A stretch of 64,000 nucleotides of DNA, from assembly GCA_000091205.1 (NCBI GenBank), contig AP006488.2. One strand, 5' to 3'. The notes below the pieces were generated by a model. That model was not told where the DNA came from, made no database searches, and saw nothing but the letters and a program-made list of their open reading frames with translations. Position numbers and translations under genes: made by a program. The DNA comes from Cyanidioschyzon merolae. Lineage: Eukaryota. Numbering within the stretch: position 1 is the stretch's first letter; each line of letters starts with the position of its first letter. Of the stretch, positions 1 through 11,167 are shown one piece after another.

Positions 1-49
1 GCAACTTTTTGTTCTGCACCATGCGAGTGGAACCTTTATCCCGGATTAT

Positions 50-1531
50 TTGGTGCAGGTGCCTCTGCGGTATTCGATTGCCAGCTTCTGTGCGACTCGT
101 TCTGTTCGTCGAGAACGTGACCTGGATGAGAAGTCTGGACTACCACAGTTGCGTGAAAACGTCTTTCTTGACCTGTGGTGCATGCATGAAAAGTGTATTC
201 AGGGGTATCATGTACGTCGCGAACACTTGGCGCCAGCAGGAGAAGCACCCCCGGCCGAGTTGTCGCTCGAGAGCTCCAATCATGACGAGAACTATAATGA
301 TCTTGATGACCCTGTTCATGATGATGATGATGATCGTCATCGTGCTGTTGGTGCTGCTGGTGACGATGATGATCATGGTGATGCTGCCGGAAACCGGGTG
401 CACGGGCGACCTGTGCTGGACGTTTCAGCTTCGCAGCCACTCGAGGGGTTGATGTCGACGTCGCCGCCGGTGCTGGTGACCCACACCCATACCCTGTACG
501 AGGCTTTTCGGAAGATCGCTCCGCAACTGAAGCAGCGAAGCTCAAGCTCCAGAAAGCACTCGGCCATTGGCGTGGGCAGCGCTGCCTCAAGCTCTCCGAG
601 TCCAAATGCTGGCGACGCTGCCTCAAGTTTGCCAGTCGATGTTCGAACACTTGCTCCAGAGAGCAATGGTGAAGCTGGCGCTGCTACGCCAAAGCGCGGA
701 GACTTTCCAGATCAGGCGACGAGCGCTGGAATGCCTTTGTTCACGGAGAAGCGCATTCTGGAACTTGAAGCGCGACTGACGCGTATAGAGCAGCTCCTGC
801 ATGAACTCATGGGCACGGTGAACCACACCAGGTCGGAGACAGCCTCGACGATGCACGGTCTTCTCCAACAGATTGCCAAAGAGCACCTCGTGCCGGCTCT
901 GATGCGCACCAGTGCCGAGACGGCAACATCGCTCTCTCGAGCGCTCGACGAGGCCATACGGGTTCGCTTCAAGCCGGTTACCGAACAGCTGGAACAAGCG
1001 TTACAGCGGACACTGCAATGGCCCACGTCAGGACCTGTGTCTTCTGCTGGAATGACGGCGACGACACTGGTGCCCACCGGGTACACGGCACCGACACCGA
1101 CACCACGAGAGCAGATCCTGCGATGGCTGCATCAACAACCGATGCCGGACGAGGATCGAGCGTTTCACGCAGCGCTCAATCTAAGTGATCTGGAGACGTT
1201 GGTCTGGCTCTGCAAGCAGTGCTCTCCGGAGCTTGTCTGCGAGAAGCTCTCCCAGCCTGTGCTCCTCTCTCTGGTCCAGCAGTTAGGTTTCGATTTGCGG
1301 ACCCATCTCGAATGCAAGTTATCGTATTTAGAGGAAGCGGTGCCGCTGATTCAACCGAAAGATCCGATTATCGCTCGGCATATGGAACCAACCATGCGTC
1401 AGCTTGTGCATAATCTAGATGAACAGGTTTTACATGCTGGTGAAGAGGTTGCACCTGCGCTTCGGACGCGGGCTCGTTTGCTGCGCAAGGTCGCCACGCT
1501 GTTGCTCCTTTCACCATCGCCAGCGAGTTAA
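50..1531 (+). CDS. Hypothetical protein with an Asp-rich acidic N-terminal region and a helical/coiled-coil C-terminal half. Possibly 5'-partial: the ORF opens with TTG 50 nt from the window edge and the first ATG is about 44 codons in.
   Basis: Uninterrupted 493-codon ORF with coding-like GC3 composition and no recognisable family motif. Two roughly 37-bp direct repeats follow its stop. Confidence 0.4.
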   Translation: MVQVPLRYSIASFCATRSVRRERDLDEKSGLPQLRENVFLDLWCMHEKCIQGYHVRREHLAPAGEAPPAELSLESSNHDENYNDLDDPVHDDDDDRHRAVGAAGDDDDHGDAAGNRVHGRPVLDVSASQPLEGLMSTSPPVLVTHTHTLYEAFRKIAPQLKQRSSSSRKHSAIGVGSAASSSPSPNAGDAASSLPVDVRTLAPESNGEAGAATPKRGDFPDQATSAGMPLFTEKRILELEARLTRIEQLLHELMGTVNHTRSETASTMHGLLQQIAKEHLVPALMRTSAETATSLSRALDEAIRVRFKPVTEQLEQALQRTLQWPTSGPVSSAGMTATTLVPTGYTAPTPTPREQILRWLHQQPMPDEDRAFHAALNLSDLETLVWLCKQCSPELVCEKLSQPVLLSLVQQLGFDLRTHLECKLSYLEEAVPLIQPKDPIIARHMEPTMRQLVHNLDEQVLHAGEEVAPALRTRARLLRKVATLLLLSPSPAS

Positions 1532-1535
1532 AGGA

Positions 1536-1660
1536 CTTGAGTGGAAGTACGCTTTAGGTCCGATCGTAAATTTCCTATTGCGCCTTGTTCTAATGTAAGT
1601 GACACAAAGGACTTGAGAAGAGGTACGGTTTAGGTCTGATCGGAGATATCCCGTGGCAGA
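1536..1660. repeat. Pair of roughly 37-bp direct repeats (aaggacttgag..gtacg.tttaggtc.gatcg) separated by about 45 bp, immediately 3' of the first ORF.
   Basis: Direct visual alignment of the two copies. Confidence 0.6.
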
Positions 1661-4600
1661 CTTGCCTTCGACAATATCCTGGAACGCATCGTGCGACGAG
1701 CGCCATACCGCGCACTACGATGTTCGCAGAGCAGTGGACCCTGGAACGCATGTACCAGTACTTCTTGATTCGGCTTTCTGTCTCGCTGGTATACGAGAAA
1801 AGGGAGTGTCATTCGCAGATCGAAGAAAGGTCGCGGAAAGACTTGATGGTACAACTGCGGCCTTGCGAAAGAAACACAGGCAAACTTCAAGTTACCAATT
1901 CAACGTTCAGCAGGTAGATAAGCAATGCTTATCGTAGCAGCTATTCGGCAAGAAAAGCAACCAAACGGGAATGCCCCGAACATTATCCGCATGACTGTTT
2001 CCTCGTCGATCCATGGTTGGCGGCACATTCCCTGCGAAAAACTGCACGAGAGGCAATAGGATATGGAGTTTCCGTATCTTAGATACGAACAAATATGAAG
2101 ACGCACGGAGGGTAAAGGAAATAACGTGCGTCCAGATTGGTTTCATACTAACTTGCAAACGCTCAGAAAAAGAGCGATGCTTGTTCATCTCACTCGTTGA
2201 GCCTGCATTCGAAGGAAATGCTAGACATGTCCATGGGAACTCAAGTAGCGGCAAACATGTGTTTCTAAATAAAAGACAAGCGACAGTGAAGACTGCATCA
2301 GTCCTAGCGTCAATGGGATCATATGGTTGCCTCTATATCGCCACACGGATCGGAATGTTCAACAAATTATGCTTCTTCATCGGAGCATTTCTTGGCTTCT
2401 TCTTTGCACAGCTTTCTCACCTGATCTCTGATAAGATGGTGTTTTATCGCGCCAAAGCAGTCGTGGAGCATGCAGCTGCTACTGATATTGAGCTGCTCTT
2501 CATGCCAGCCTATTCTATCCAGTTCAGTCGAGTCAAAAGCGTGTTCTCTGTTGTCGAACGCCATCATTTCGCGCAGAGATCAATGGACTGGTCGTTTGAA
2601 TCCGTGACACCTTTATTCGACATGTCGACCTCTGTTGTCATTAACCCTTAAATGCTCCGTTGTGTCTTTGCTCATGCACCAAAGAGAGTGCGATGCAACC
2701 GTGCTGCCCGTGGGCGTACTCGCGGCCGAGAAGGCAATGGGAATGTACTTGAGGCATCATTGGTACGTTCTAGAAATGACGAGTTTGTTTTCGAGTTTCC
2801 TCCCGGAGCTTCTTCATCCCGAAGGAGGCACCGAATATGGACTATACCGTGCACAACAATGCAATGCAGCTATGAAAATAAGAAGACGAAGAAAAGCATG
2901 AAATTTCAGAGGAAATGACGAACAGGAATCGGAACGAATACCTATCGCAATGGAAAGAACCGTTTGAATCCGTGTTCACGGCCACGGCACAATGACATAT
3001 CGACGACAAGAATCTTTCAGACTGAGAGCTATGCGACACCATCCAGGTTTGCGCAGCTTCCCTCGCCTTGATGCACGTCATCGAGCAACTTTTCACAAGA
3101 GATTACGACGCGTGACTGCCACCTGTCCACATTCTACCGGAATTCTAGGATCGTACTTTCGTACGAGTACGCAAACGATGCTCGGGGCAGAAGCTGTAGT
3201 ACAGCCTGACCGTAGGATCAGGGATTCGTAGACACGCTTCCCAGAGTACGAGTTCTTGCCGCCGCGCCACGTCAGTTAATCTCGCTTCTACAGCTCGGTG
3301 CCAAAAAGTAGCAAACGAACCTAAAAAACCACGGGCTGGTCAATTTCGAGCGCCTCATGAGTCGCACCCCGTGCGCATTCGAGTTTCATCTTACCTACCC
3401 AGAAAAGTCGACGTTGATGGAAGAAATTCATGGGGCGAAGATCATGGCGATTGATCAGCGAAATGGTCCAAGAGCAGAGGATGGTACATAGCTCTGGTGA
3501 GGTGTCCCAACGAGAGCAAGAGTCGCTTCAGAGCGTCCAGGCTAACCCTGTTGCGCTTCGTCTTGGGCCGTCGGGCGTTGTATCCTGTAAATAAGTGAAA
3601 CGTAACGCATGTCTTGCTTGCATCAAGCGCTGCGACGTCATTCTGAACAGATCCCACCGGAGCACGGCAGACATACTACCCGAATCCGAGTACGCTCGCC
3701 TCCTCAAGGTTCTGTCCGAACATGTCCCAGCAGGTGAGACTGAGACCCATCGCATTGCAGCAGATATGTCTATCGTATACGATATGGTCTTGTCGTGATC
3801 TTCGGCGCGTATCTGCATGCAGATATGAAGCAGTGAACCAGCACTGCGAAGGGCATTGGCGAAGCTCATGCAACGACTCGCGTTTACAGGCAGAAATTGG
3901 AAAGAGGCTGACATTGCAATGGAACCCCACCGAGTATCCATCCGCATGCACTTTGCCAAACCGAGGCCTGAGTCGAGCATCGAGATTCGTTGTCAGCCGT
4001 AAAAGGTAGATGAAGAGAAAGGCTTCACGGCGGACGTGGATCTCGGGTTGAAGGCCATCATGGTCGTCGCCGTACCTCTGGATCAAGAGGACAGCACCGA
4101 TGGCCGCAGCGGTAAGCAGAGGAAGCTGCTCAAAATCATCCAGGGCTCTATTGGATCCAGTGTCGGGCACAGTGGACGCCAGCAGGCGAGCCACCAGGTG
4201 AAATGGTGGTGTCAGGACGCCTCGCGACGCTCTGACTACGCGATCGATCCCAGCTGGATATGTTGTGTGCTTCCAACTCAGAGCGTACATGAGCGTCCAA
4301 ATAACGAGCGCCGATGATCTTCAGCGGATGTCCATGAGATCGTCCAGCGTTCGCCAACGGTTTCTATTGTCAAGCGGCATACATCTGCCATCTTGTTCCG
4401 TTCGCTGGAAAAATGGCATGTGGGACATGTCGTGTAGTATCACGGGAATCTGTTTCGTTGGATGAGCTGTTGCACACAAAGGCTGCATTGCCGCTCCTTC
4501 GACGAGTGCGTACGCTAACTGCATGAATCGATTCTCTCGCAGGCCCATCGATGTGTGCGGGACGCCATACCCACATATAATGGGTACGAGAATGCCCGTT

Positions 4601-5286
4601 GAAACTTTTAGAGACTATGTGCATAAAACCGAGTCGAGTGCACGAGATCATGGTCTATGGACAGCGTACCATACGTCAGATGGCAAGGCAATGGAAAGCG
4701 AGAAGCGCGCTATCGTATGATTCCATCACCGGCAAGAATACGCGCAAGCACACACTGCACCGAGTCCCGGAAAAAACGTCGATCAACATCCGGACACTTT
4801 GCCTAGTTCAGGAGCATCCAGCGCTTACGTGTCGAGAAATGCGTCTCGAAAGAATCGTTCAGAAGTTTGTATAGGCATTTTACTGAAACGCTGGTGACTT
4901 GCGGTGGTATTCAAATCAGTTGCCCCGACAAAGCGGACTGGATTCCAACCCAGAACTGGGAGCTGAAACGGCACCGTTCAACTGCCCAGTGAGAGAATGA
5001 GAGCAGAGCGCCGCATACTCACATCGAGAACGATTCTCGCAGGCAACCGATAGACGATCATGGGGTTCCACCATTCGATATTCCTGCGTATGTCACGGAC
5101 TCGTCATTCCGAGGCTGGTTCGTGCCCCAGCTCTGCCGTTCGGTACCTGGATACCTGGGTCAGGCAGCACGACCCAAACATTGCTGGGTACCGACCACGA
5201 AACGTTGCTTTACGCCAGGAGAGTCGCAGTCGCGATGTTCCTCGCGAAAACGCCCCGCCATACACACACAAACTGCGGATCGTGGC

Positions 5287-7614
5287 TCAAGTCGTCGCTA
5301 CAGTGGCGCGGCGTAGATGCTCAAGGAATATTTCCATGGAAACATCATCGGTATAGATGAACTCGGCAGCGGCACTGCCGCTAAGTACATCGACATTACC
5401 GCTTGTGTGGGTAGCACTGGGGTTCAGTTTCGCGAGCAGAAAACGCGCTTGGGATCCGTACTGGTCCGACTCTACCCAGCGCGGATACGGGAAACGCGCT
5501 GCAATGCACGCTGCCGCATCTCGCCGCGGTATTTCCAGCAGCTCCGCCAAGTTTCGATAATTTGGCTGCAAATGATAGCCTGCTTTGCGCCACTGGGCAA
5601 CGGTGTCACCATAAAAGATAACGATGTAGAAGAAGGCATCGAGAAAGAGGACAACGTCGGGCCGAACGCTGGCCACATCGAGCAGCACCGGTGTAGGCGC
5701 GCTCTCCAACGAGTACTGAATCAGGCTGGGTTGAATCATGAGCATACCATCCGCGGTACTCACCCGACACAAATGCGAACGAAAGAACGCAGACTCATCG
5801 GGTGAGGTATTGAACGTTTGCAGTAACGCGCTCCGTCGCAAATGATACATGAACTGAGGATAGAATGACATGCTGGGGCCAAGTCGGAACGTCTCGGGCC
5901 GTTCCTTTTGGTAGTCGCCAAAGCGCGCACATAATCGAATCAAAAGCCGATCCAGCCATCGGAGGATATCGAAGGCCTCTTCGTTTTCCGTACGGAAAGC
6001 AGCGAGACGCGCCATGGTGACGGCGGCTGCCTCTTGATCGAAACCCGCTGCGAGGGTCACGAGGTCGTTGCCGTCGCACCAGCGCCCAGCATGCGTCGCT
6101 ACCCGCATTCGGAACTCGCCCGAGCTGTGTTGGTAAGTTGTTCGAAACTGTATGTACCGATAGTGATTCTCGGGAATCCCATTCGACTGCTGGTTCACAA
6201 CGTCGAAGAAAACGCTGAGGCTCGTGTCCGGCGAGATGCTCCCAATTCGCCATGCACAGGTACCCCCAATACCAATTTCCGTGTCCGTGGAGACGCTGGG
6301 TCCTTTCTTCTCCAGGGAAGCCGAGGGTCCGATCACGCCGGCAATCTTGAACTCCCGAGAGCAGTCGACCTCGAGTGTTGCCAAGAAATGGCGCTTAAGA
6401 TGTCCATTTTCATCGCATTCAAAGAACTTCTCGAACGAACGCTTGAACATGTCGTGCTCAAAGGATTCAGCCATTACGAAAACGCCTCCGGTGCGATCCA
6501 CGCACGCTTTCATCTCATAGAAACCGACCTGATCCAGGGAACATCCGAATACGGAGAGCGCGTGCCCGGCGTTCACCAGGCGCGTGGCTACCTCATCGTA
6601 GTGCTTGAGCGCCTTTTTCAAATGCGGTGCATTGTCTTTCTCAATATCGATATGAGAGCGCAGCTCTTCATCTAGCTTTGGACCAACGATGGTGCCGGGA
6701 CCCTCGGTGCAAGGCCCGCCTTGCAACAGGCAAATATGTGCTCCGTAGCCCCTGTAGGTGCATTCCAGGAGAGCCGCAGCCGCTGCGAGTGCGGCACCCG
6801 TACAGCGCTTTGGCCGTTCGTCGGCCGGCACTGGCCAGGCGTCACGCTGAAGGCCCTCCAGAAGCGTTGCCATCATATACTCGCATTCTTGTATGGGTTG
6901 GAGAAAGCGGTCTGGAGGTGCCAGTTTTGAATGAGCGCCCGCTGCTGTCGCATCAGCACGCTGTTTGGCGGCAGCGCTAGCTCCAGCGCCAGCAGCTGCA
7001 GAGGCGCCGCCCAGTCCAAGCAACGGCTGCAGTGACGCTGCATCATAGGATTTGTTCCCTCGAAGGATGTACGATCGAAAGCCTTCAGTGAACCCAATCT
7101 CATGAACCTGCAGGTGCTGCCCGTACGTAATCAGGCCCACTGTTGTTCCTGGCGGTAGCAGCGAAAGCGCCTTGAGGAGGTACTCCTTCACCACCGTGAA
7201 CTGTTTCTCGGGCACTGTCGTGTCCAGTACAAAGAGAAATGCCGGCGGTGGGGCCGGTGGCCTATTCAAACGATACTCTACAACTGTGTATTCCGGAATG
7301 AGCTCAGATGGCAGCTGGTTATCCGGGATGCTCGCATACTGTGGAGGGAGCTGGTTGCGCTGAAACGTAAACGGACAAACCCACATCCGCGCGTTGATGT
7401 CCACGCTACAGTACGGGTTGAGCACCGTACCCTCCCGCGACGTCACCGGCGGGTACGGCAGCGGAGGGGGCATGTTTGGTAACGGTCGCAACGGTGTAAA
7501 AAGACACGCAAACGGAAGCACGCACTGGCTAGCTGCGGCCTTGGTCGTTGGCCAGAACAGCCACGTCCAGCGCGTGCCGTCCACTTCCTCCAGTTGCGCG
7601 AAGTCTATAGACAT
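5287..7614 (-). CDS. SEC23: COPII coat GTPase-activating protein Sec23
   Basis: 775-aa ORF with a true ATG. The N-terminus 'MSIDFAQLEEVDGTRWTWLFWPTTKAAASQCVLPFACLFTPL...ARMWVCPFTFQRNQLPPQY' aligns to the Sec23 N-terminus and Zn-finger region. Length matches Sec23 (about 765 aa). Confidence 0.9.
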   Translation of the reverse strand: MSIDFAQLEEVDGTRWTWLFWPTTKAAASQCVLPFACLFTPLRPLPNMPPPLPYPPVTSREGTVLNPYCSVDINARMWVCPFTFQRNQLPPQYASIPDNQLPSELIPEYTVVEYRLNRPPAPPPAFLFVLDTTVPEKQFTVVKEYLLKALSLLPPGTTVGLITYGQHLQVHEIGFTEGFRSYILRGNKSYDAASLQPLLGLGGASAAAGAGASAAAKQRADATAAGAHSKLAPPDRFLQPIQECEYMMATLLEGLQRDAWPVPADERPKRCTGAALAAAAALLECTYRGYGAHICLLQGGPCTEGPGTIVGPKLDEELRSHIDIEKDNAPHLKKALKHYDEVATRLVNAGHALSVFGCSLDQVGFYEMKACVDRTGGVFVMAESFEHDMFKRSFEKFFECDENGHLKRHFLATLEVDCSREFKIAGVIGPSASLEKKGPSVSTDTEIGIGGTCAWRIGSISPDTSLSVFFDVVNQQSNGIPENHYRYIQFRTTYQHSSGEFRMRVATHAGRWCDGNDLVTLAAGFDQEAAAVTMARLAAFRTENEEAFDILRWLDRLLIRLCARFGDYQKERPETFRLGPSMSFYPQFMYHLRRSALLQTFNTSPDESAFFRSHLCRVSTADGMLMIQPSLIQYSLESAPTPVLLDVASVRPDVVLFLDAFFYIVIFYGDTVAQWRKAGYHLQPNYRNLAELLEIPRRDAAACIAARFPYPRWVESDQYGSQARFLLAKLNPSATHTSGNVDVLSGSAAAEFIYTDDVSMEIFLEHLRRATVATT

Positions 7615-9796
7615 GACCTCCAGAACGTCTCAAACTACGCACTGTTTACCAGGTAGGGTCAAACGCCCCCACGATCAGGCCCGAAAGACTCTGCCTAAGC
7701 GCTCGTGTTCGGCTCTGCGCTCTCCCGAACGTCGAGCGAATGACCTGTTGCGTAACTGCTGCCGCGGCGGCGGCAGCAGAGGCGAATGATGAGACCCAGC
7801 GCTTACCGAGTGCGCACTATAGGAAAAGGAACAGAAACGAACCTCTAACTAGCAAAGAGATCACATTTTCTTTCCTTCTCTATGATAAACATTAAAAGGG
7901 GGAACATGTTTTCGATATTTTAGAACGTTTACGTTATCGGCGGTAGGTTCCGCGAGCCGGACAAGACTGTCTGGGCTAGTGTATCACGCTCGTCCCGGTG
8001 GCGGGTGCTGTAGTGCGGTCTGAGCTGCAACTCGTCCAAACTGCAGTTTATTCTGGGACTTGATAGATTAGATCTCTTCCGGGTGTCGCCCTCGTTGCGG
8101 TGGACTCCACGTATATCGCTTTGCGCTGTCGCGTGCAGTGGGTTTGTCTGCGGAGCTTGCTGGCTCCGAGAATGATCATATACTCCGACTCTGTGTCAGG
8201 TGAAGCATTCCTCGATCCGACGCCCTCAGTAGTATGGCAACGCCGTTCTGTCTCTGTTATGCATCGGCATCAGCGGATTAGAGGGTAAGGCGGGTGCATC
8301 AACGCATGCACCCGACGAATGACAGGAAGCACGAGACGAGTAGTACATCCGAAAGGAAGTATACGTAATGGAATCTGGAGTTAGAATGCAGCATGATGGA
8401 TGCTTTCGCTGAATCCGATACCCATGCATAGCGCAACCTCGGATCCATTGTCAATGTGAGTGTTTTTCCATCGGAAAAATGAAGCACGTAGCTCTATCGT
8501 ACAAATTGTAACGATGTTCAAGTCGTAGAAAAGTACATTGTTTGTCCTCAATTGTGTTTCAACCTTCACACTAATGTATTCAAGTGCTTTTTCGCGCGTA
8601 ATAGCTGTCCCATCCAAAGCGGTTTCGGTTTTTATATTGAAAAAGGAAAGTTACGGAAGGGGAATTGGAGGATCCTGGGCGCCAGTGTCGCCGGCAGCCC
8701 GAAAAAACGAAGAACAGTGCCAAGTCCAAAGGAACAAGAGAAGAAGAAGAAGAAGAAGAAGTAAAAGCGGGAGGCCCTACGTCAAAGGCTACACAAAAGA
8801 CGACGGTACGACGAGATGGCGGTGAAAGCCTGTCTTCTTCAACATACCAAGGATCCGTACAGGGAAAACGTTCGAGAGGCAATCTGGAACCGTGTCGAGC
8901 CGAACTCAAGCGGTGTCCGTGACGCTTCCCAAGGAATGGCGCATTTCCTAAGGGAATGGTATCACGACGTTACGGACACCAAAACAGTCGAGGTTCTGGA
9001 AGAAATTTTCAACAAAACCTTTATTCATCACCGGATGCTTGGCACCGGGGAAACGTCTAGGTGAAATGAGCGAGTTCATGCCCTCCACAAAATTTACGCC
9101 GAATTCCGCTTCGACGGTACTCGATACAGGGGGGGATTCGAATATTTACACCTACGGGGCGATGAAGTACCTCACCAGTCTAAAGAACCATTTAACAATG
9201 AACCCCAAAAACTTCGATCGCCAGCATGAAAAGGAGATCGAATTCATCGACGAGACGACATCACTCAGGGGCATGAACGAGGATTCCGTCATCCGTACGG
9301 TTATACAAGAGCATCGTGCTGTCTTGGGACTGGCGAATCCAGCAGAAAAGATATCAGAGTGGAAAGAAGATAAGGAACGATACTATCGCCTCATCCTACG
9401 GTATTTCGTGTTTTTTGGCCGAGAACTCGAACGCAAGGCAGAGATGAAGCTGAGTGGGGAAAAAATGAAGAATGGGAGAGACGAAAGGCTGCGCTTCTGG
9501 GTAAGAGCTTAAACATCGTTCCGTTGTGAAACATCAAGTCACATTTTAAGACTATCGACTGCAGAGTCCTTCATGACATCATGAAGGAGATCTGTCCGGA
9601 GTTCGATGAACGGAAGACAGAGTTCACCGCTGAAAACCGGGAGACGTACTTGAAGAGTATCCTCAATTTCAAACGTCTCAAAGTAAGCAAGAAAAAGAAA
9701 TTCACTGGGATGATCGAAACCGATGGAGTATCTATATGTGTACACGATCGGCGGTTGAAGGTGGATCGTCCAGTCCTGCCTTCAGCCTCGCCCGTG

Positions 9797-10106
9797 ACGA
9801 AGCATGAAGGTGAGAAGGAGGCGGATCCTGCGATGCAGGAGTTGGAGGATAACGACCTTGGCGTTGACGTGGCGAAGCATGAAGAAAAGGAGAAGGCTGT
9901 TCCTGTGACTCAGGAGATAGAGCATAACGACCTTGTCGTTGACGTGACGAAGGATGAAGAAAAGAAAGAGGCGGATCCTGTGATGCAGGAGATGGAGGGG
10001 AACGACCTTGTCGTAGGCGCGGCGAATCATGAAGATGAGAAGGAAGCGAATCCTACCACGCAGAAAGCGCATGAGAACGACTTTGTAGTTGGCGCGGACC
10101 CCGGAA
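9797..10106 (+). repeat. Coding minisatellite inside Fanzor-like copy A. About 60 bp (20-aa) unit '[24 protein letters not shown]', roughly 4 tandem copies directly N-terminal to RuvC-I. The unit is a degenerate duplication of the RuvC-I strand.
   Basis: Protein-level tandem repeats 'NDLGVDVAKHEE / NDLVVDVTKDEE / NDLVVGAANHED / NDFVVGADPGSTN'. Copy B has 1 unit and copy D has 3. Confidence 0.7.
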
Positions 10107-10929
10107 GCACAAATATCATAACCATCGCTGCTCCCAAGCTCGCGGAAGATGGTATTGACGGGAACTTGCGTCAGAAATATATGCGTCTTCTGCGGCTCTC
10201 GAGAGCGAGATACTATCGACAATCGGGAATCATGAATGCGAGGAAGAAAATCGTTACGTGGAATGTAGGAATGAAAGAGCACCTGGAAGCTCTGAGTGAG
10301 GTGACGAGCCGAGGAGCGGACTTTCGAGCTTTTCGGTGATTCATGGAAGTTCGCGTTGCGCATTGGGATGCGCTATGGGAGGAGTATACCAAGCCCCGGT
10401 GGGCTCGTCTGCGTATGAATCGATACGGTGGGAAGCAGCGGGCGTTCGCGAATTTTTCAATCAGCCGAGCGCCTTGAAGGAGGATCAAAGTCAGAGGCTC
10501 GTAGTAGCGTATGGGGCACGGAGCTGGAAGACCAAAAAAGGGTGTACGCCAGCTCCAACGACAAGGGTGTACAAGGAGTGCGCACGGCGTTTCGTTACAA
10601 TACCTGTAGATGAGTTTCGAACATTGTATACACACCATGAACTGGGTTGTACACTTCAGCGAGTGGAGATGGAAAAGTGCCACAGGAGCCCTGAGGAAAT
10701 AGCAAAATACGGACCGTTGACGGAGGAGCAAATGGAAAGGAGGGTGAACGTTCGTGGATTACTTGCACTAGTAAGTACAACCAGTGATGGCAAGAAACGT
10801 ATGGAGTTTGTGAATCGTGACTTTAATGCCGCAATCAATGTACGGAGATGTGCGGTGCTGGAGAATAGACTTCCAGAGTCGACAAGAGTGAACTTTGTTG
10901 GACAACCTCTCAAAGTCGAATTATATGAG

Positions 10930-11075
10930 AAAAAGTTGGAAGCAGTCGTAGGTGGCCGGTCGAGAAACGGCGGGAAGGCGTCTGCACATCAGCTGGACAC
11001 GTTATGTCTAGGGCGCGGTTTTCCCGCCACTACGGTACACTGTCGGCGACGTCGTTCGACTTTCGAACGGCGTTT
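10930..11075 (+). ncRNA. Candidate omegaRNA/fRNA-like 3' scaffold of copy A. It is conserved with copy D through a terminal hairpin (cgttcg-acttt-cgaacg, extendable to about 10 bp) and diverges immediately after.
   Basis: A:D nucleotide identity across the C-terminal coding and 3' region ends at about 11075, and a palindrome sits at the boundary. By analogy to TnpB/Fanzor, whose guide RNA derives from the element's 3' end. No expression data. Confidence 0.3.
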
Positions 11076-11086
11076 GGAGGCGCGGC

Positions 11087-11098
11087 TTTGGCGGGAAA
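11087..11098 (+). promoter_or_regulatory. Consensus E2F site TTTGGCGGGAAA about 70 bp upstream of the MCM5 ATG, in the unique flank between the element A 3' end and MCM5.
   Basis: Exact match to the canonical E2F motif TTTSSCGC. MCM5 is a classical E2F target in animals and plants. Confidence 0.35.
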
Positions 11099-11167
11099 CG
11101 CTTGGTGGGCGCTATCTGCTCCAAACGCTCTGTGTTCAACGTCATACGGTTTACGTTTTGACGCTTC

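Larger units (their letters stand above)
8100..11075 (+). mobile_element. Fanzor/TnpB-like element copy A (degenerate). About 450 bp 5' leader, about 2.4 kb coding region, 3' tail ending in a hairpin at about 11048-11074.
   Basis: Nucleotide and protein homology to copies B, C and D. Leader homology to C is traceable from about 8230 (weakly from about 8100). 3' homology to D ends after 'cgttcgactttcgaacggcgtt'. The start codon is lost (ACG where C has ATG). Confidence 0.6.

Noticed and set aside
1900-3300. AT-richer stretch with a 212-codon ORF (2013-2651) encoding a possible small membrane protein.
   Set aside because: It has no motif support and its codon composition differs from neighbouring genes. 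Left unannotated; it could be a real lineage-specific gene.
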